Made by a program: the position numbers and the translations under genes. Below the pieces are notes generated by a model that was not told the DNA's origin, searched no databases, and was given only the letters and a program-made list of their open reading frames with translations. A stretch of DNA of 63,952 nt, filler included, from Albugo candida (lineage: Eukaryota), in NCBI GenBank assembly GCA_040437565.1. It is 32 parts of 32 records of this genome, joined end to end, with 100 filler letters (N's around TTAATTAATTAA, not from the genome) between each part and the next. Parts side by side here need not be neighbours in the genome. Positions count along the whole stretch, not along the records: positions 62,108 to 63,952 come from JBDOQK010000400.1; 31 more parts are not named here. One strand, written 5' to 3'. Shown here one piece after another: positions 62,108 to 63,952 of this stretch (positions are counted from its first letter, which is position 1; every line of letters starts with the position of its first letter).

Positions 62108-62785
62108 ACAAACGAAAGATGTCCTTGAATACCAAGTGTCTACTAGATATTTAAATTCATTACTTCAAGTACTTTTTGATGAAGGAGATATGATGTTCAA
62201 ATGGTCAAATGAAGCTTGCATCCAAGATGCTGATGGTAAACTTCTTCCCGATCGTCCTGATGGATGCATTGAGGATGATAATTTTACCATTGGCTACTTG
62301 GAGGCTAAGCCAATTAGTAAATCAAAAGACCACAAGAAGATCAACAAGGATATATACCGTTTGGCAGTCTTCTCCAAGTCAGCCTCAGCAAAGCACAAGC
62401 TTAAATATTTCTTTCAAATCATGACAGTTGGTAAACTTTACTATAGATATTGGCGTACCAGGATCAATTTGTATACTAAATCTTATTATTAGGCACAAAT
62501 GTACAATTTCATATAAGTGAATCAAGCCATCGTATGTTGACTATGGTAGAATTGGATAGCTTCCGTTTTCCTTTATCTATGGATGAACTACCTCAAGTTC
62601 TTCCATATTTAAATCGTATATATAATGTAATTTCAACTATTTATAGCACCTGCTATAATCAACAGCAAACCGTTAATAGTAATTCATTATCCAGTAGTCC
62701 TTTAGACCCTCGTGCTCTTAAGGCCATTACTGTAAAATCGTGCGATAGAGCGCGTAAAAATTATTTTTATCATCCTTATCATTAG
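62108..62785 (+). CDS. PD-(D/E)XK (REase-fold) family protein, 3' part, two exons
   Basis: FKWSNE...RPDG...IGYLEAKP...KDIYRLAVFSK...FQIMTVG, intron ~62431-62492, then LTMVELDSFRFP...L. Confidence 0.75.
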
Positions 62786-62901
62786 TTAATTTATGAATAA
62801 TAAAAGTTATATATATAGTAGTACTTAATATTGTGATCTAAAAAATTACAGTTTGAATTATATAATAGTTACCAAAAGCTAATTATTTGAATTTGAGATA
62901 A

Positions 62902-63484
62902 GGGAATTGCTATTTGTCCCCTCATTTTTACTATTTGTCCCCCATAAATACACAAGTAATCAATTGAGTATGTGAATCAGTTTGCGAAGAGGCGTCACTT
63001 TGTAACCGTTATAAGAAAAACAGGCTAAACACAAAGCTGTAAACAGCCACTTTTGTAGAAGATTTTTCATTTATAAAAGAGGTGGCTTACCTGCAAAAAT
63101 AATGACATTTAGAAGAACACTTCTACTTCCCAAAGGTGTGGATGCAAATTTGAATAAGCAACACCAACTTCGAAGTCCAATCTTAAAAACTGGTTCATTA
63201 CAATGGAAAAAACCCGTGATAATGATCATTCATAAGTCCATAAACTTACTCAAGAGCAGCATAAGATGGTGGTTAAAATGCTTATAACATCTAATGAACC
63301 TTCAGATACGATTATTAATTTACATTATGTTTTTCTTGTTTCAAATCGTTCCCACAAGAAGAGCTTTTATAAGAATATTATTCATAATGAAAATGAGGGG
63401 ACAAATAGTAAAAGTCGGGGGACAAATAGTAAATTTAAATTATGGGGACAAATAGTAAAAATGAGGGGGCAAATAGCAATTCCC
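62902..63484. mobile_element. 583-bp Mutator-like MITE
   Basis: ~45-bp TIRs GGGAATTGCTATTTGTCCCCTCATTTTTACTATTTGTCCCC / GGGGACAAATAGTAAAAATGAGGGGGCAAATAGCAATTCCC, with extra subterminal GGGACAAATAGTAAA copies. Flanks TTTGAGATAA / TTTCAAATAT may be a decayed TSD (7/10). Confidence 0.85.
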
Positions 63485-63952
63485 TTTCAAATATGTCTCT
63501 TTTGCTTTGAGCAACTAGGTATAAAATACCCTCTGCTTATCAAAGACAATAAATCAACAAAAACCCAACAAAGGGTAGTCTAATGTGTGTGAATTTAAAT
63601 TTTGTCTTTGTAAAGTATGGTAGATCAACGAAATCTTTCTTCTTTCTTCAGTGCTCTTCTTTTATCTATTGCTTTCAGTTTATCAGACCTCATTTCATGT
63701 GTATTACGAATGCCTATTCCTCAATTCACTTTAATTAGAATCAGTCAATCCGAAACTAGGAACAGCTAACTGCGAAACAATTATGGAATAACTCTTTTTT
63801 AATTTAATTTTGAACTTTTGTGACTTTATAACTGGTCAAGTAATTCAGTGTTATTTCACACTCACTTCTTCCTCGTTTTGGACAATTTAAGCTTTTTTTA
63901 TTTCAATTTAATATTTTTTTTTCTTGGTATTTTTGATATAAAATAGTTCAAG

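Overview
This window is not continuous DNA. It is 32 unplaced eukaryotic contigs of about 1.98 to 1.85 kb, sorted by decreasing length and joined by an artificial 100-bp spacer (N44-TTAATTAATTAA-N44), so adjacency across a spacer means nothing. Two sources appear mixed; both assignments come from recognised protein families and intron style, not from a search. (1) AT-rich, short-intron Mucorales-like fungal DNA dominated by mobile elements: two Ty3/Gypsy gag genes with LTR ends, a Gypsy pol, PIF/Harbinger, CACTA-type, hAT and MULE transposases, MITEs, HMG-box-like and PD-(D/E)XK-like multigene families. (2) More GC-balanced oomycete-like (possibly Albugo-like) DNA: PCID2/CSN12, ING, a tandem peroxiredoxin, candidate secreted proteins and a Copia 3' end, many pseudogenised. 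The most unusual signals are an intronless herpes UL9/giant-virus-like origin-binding helicase (16.4-17.1 kb), a covarying LTR/PBS inverted repeat in two Gypsy elements suggesting tRNA-independent priming, and two paralogues of an HMG-box plus 'PW..GWP' protein.
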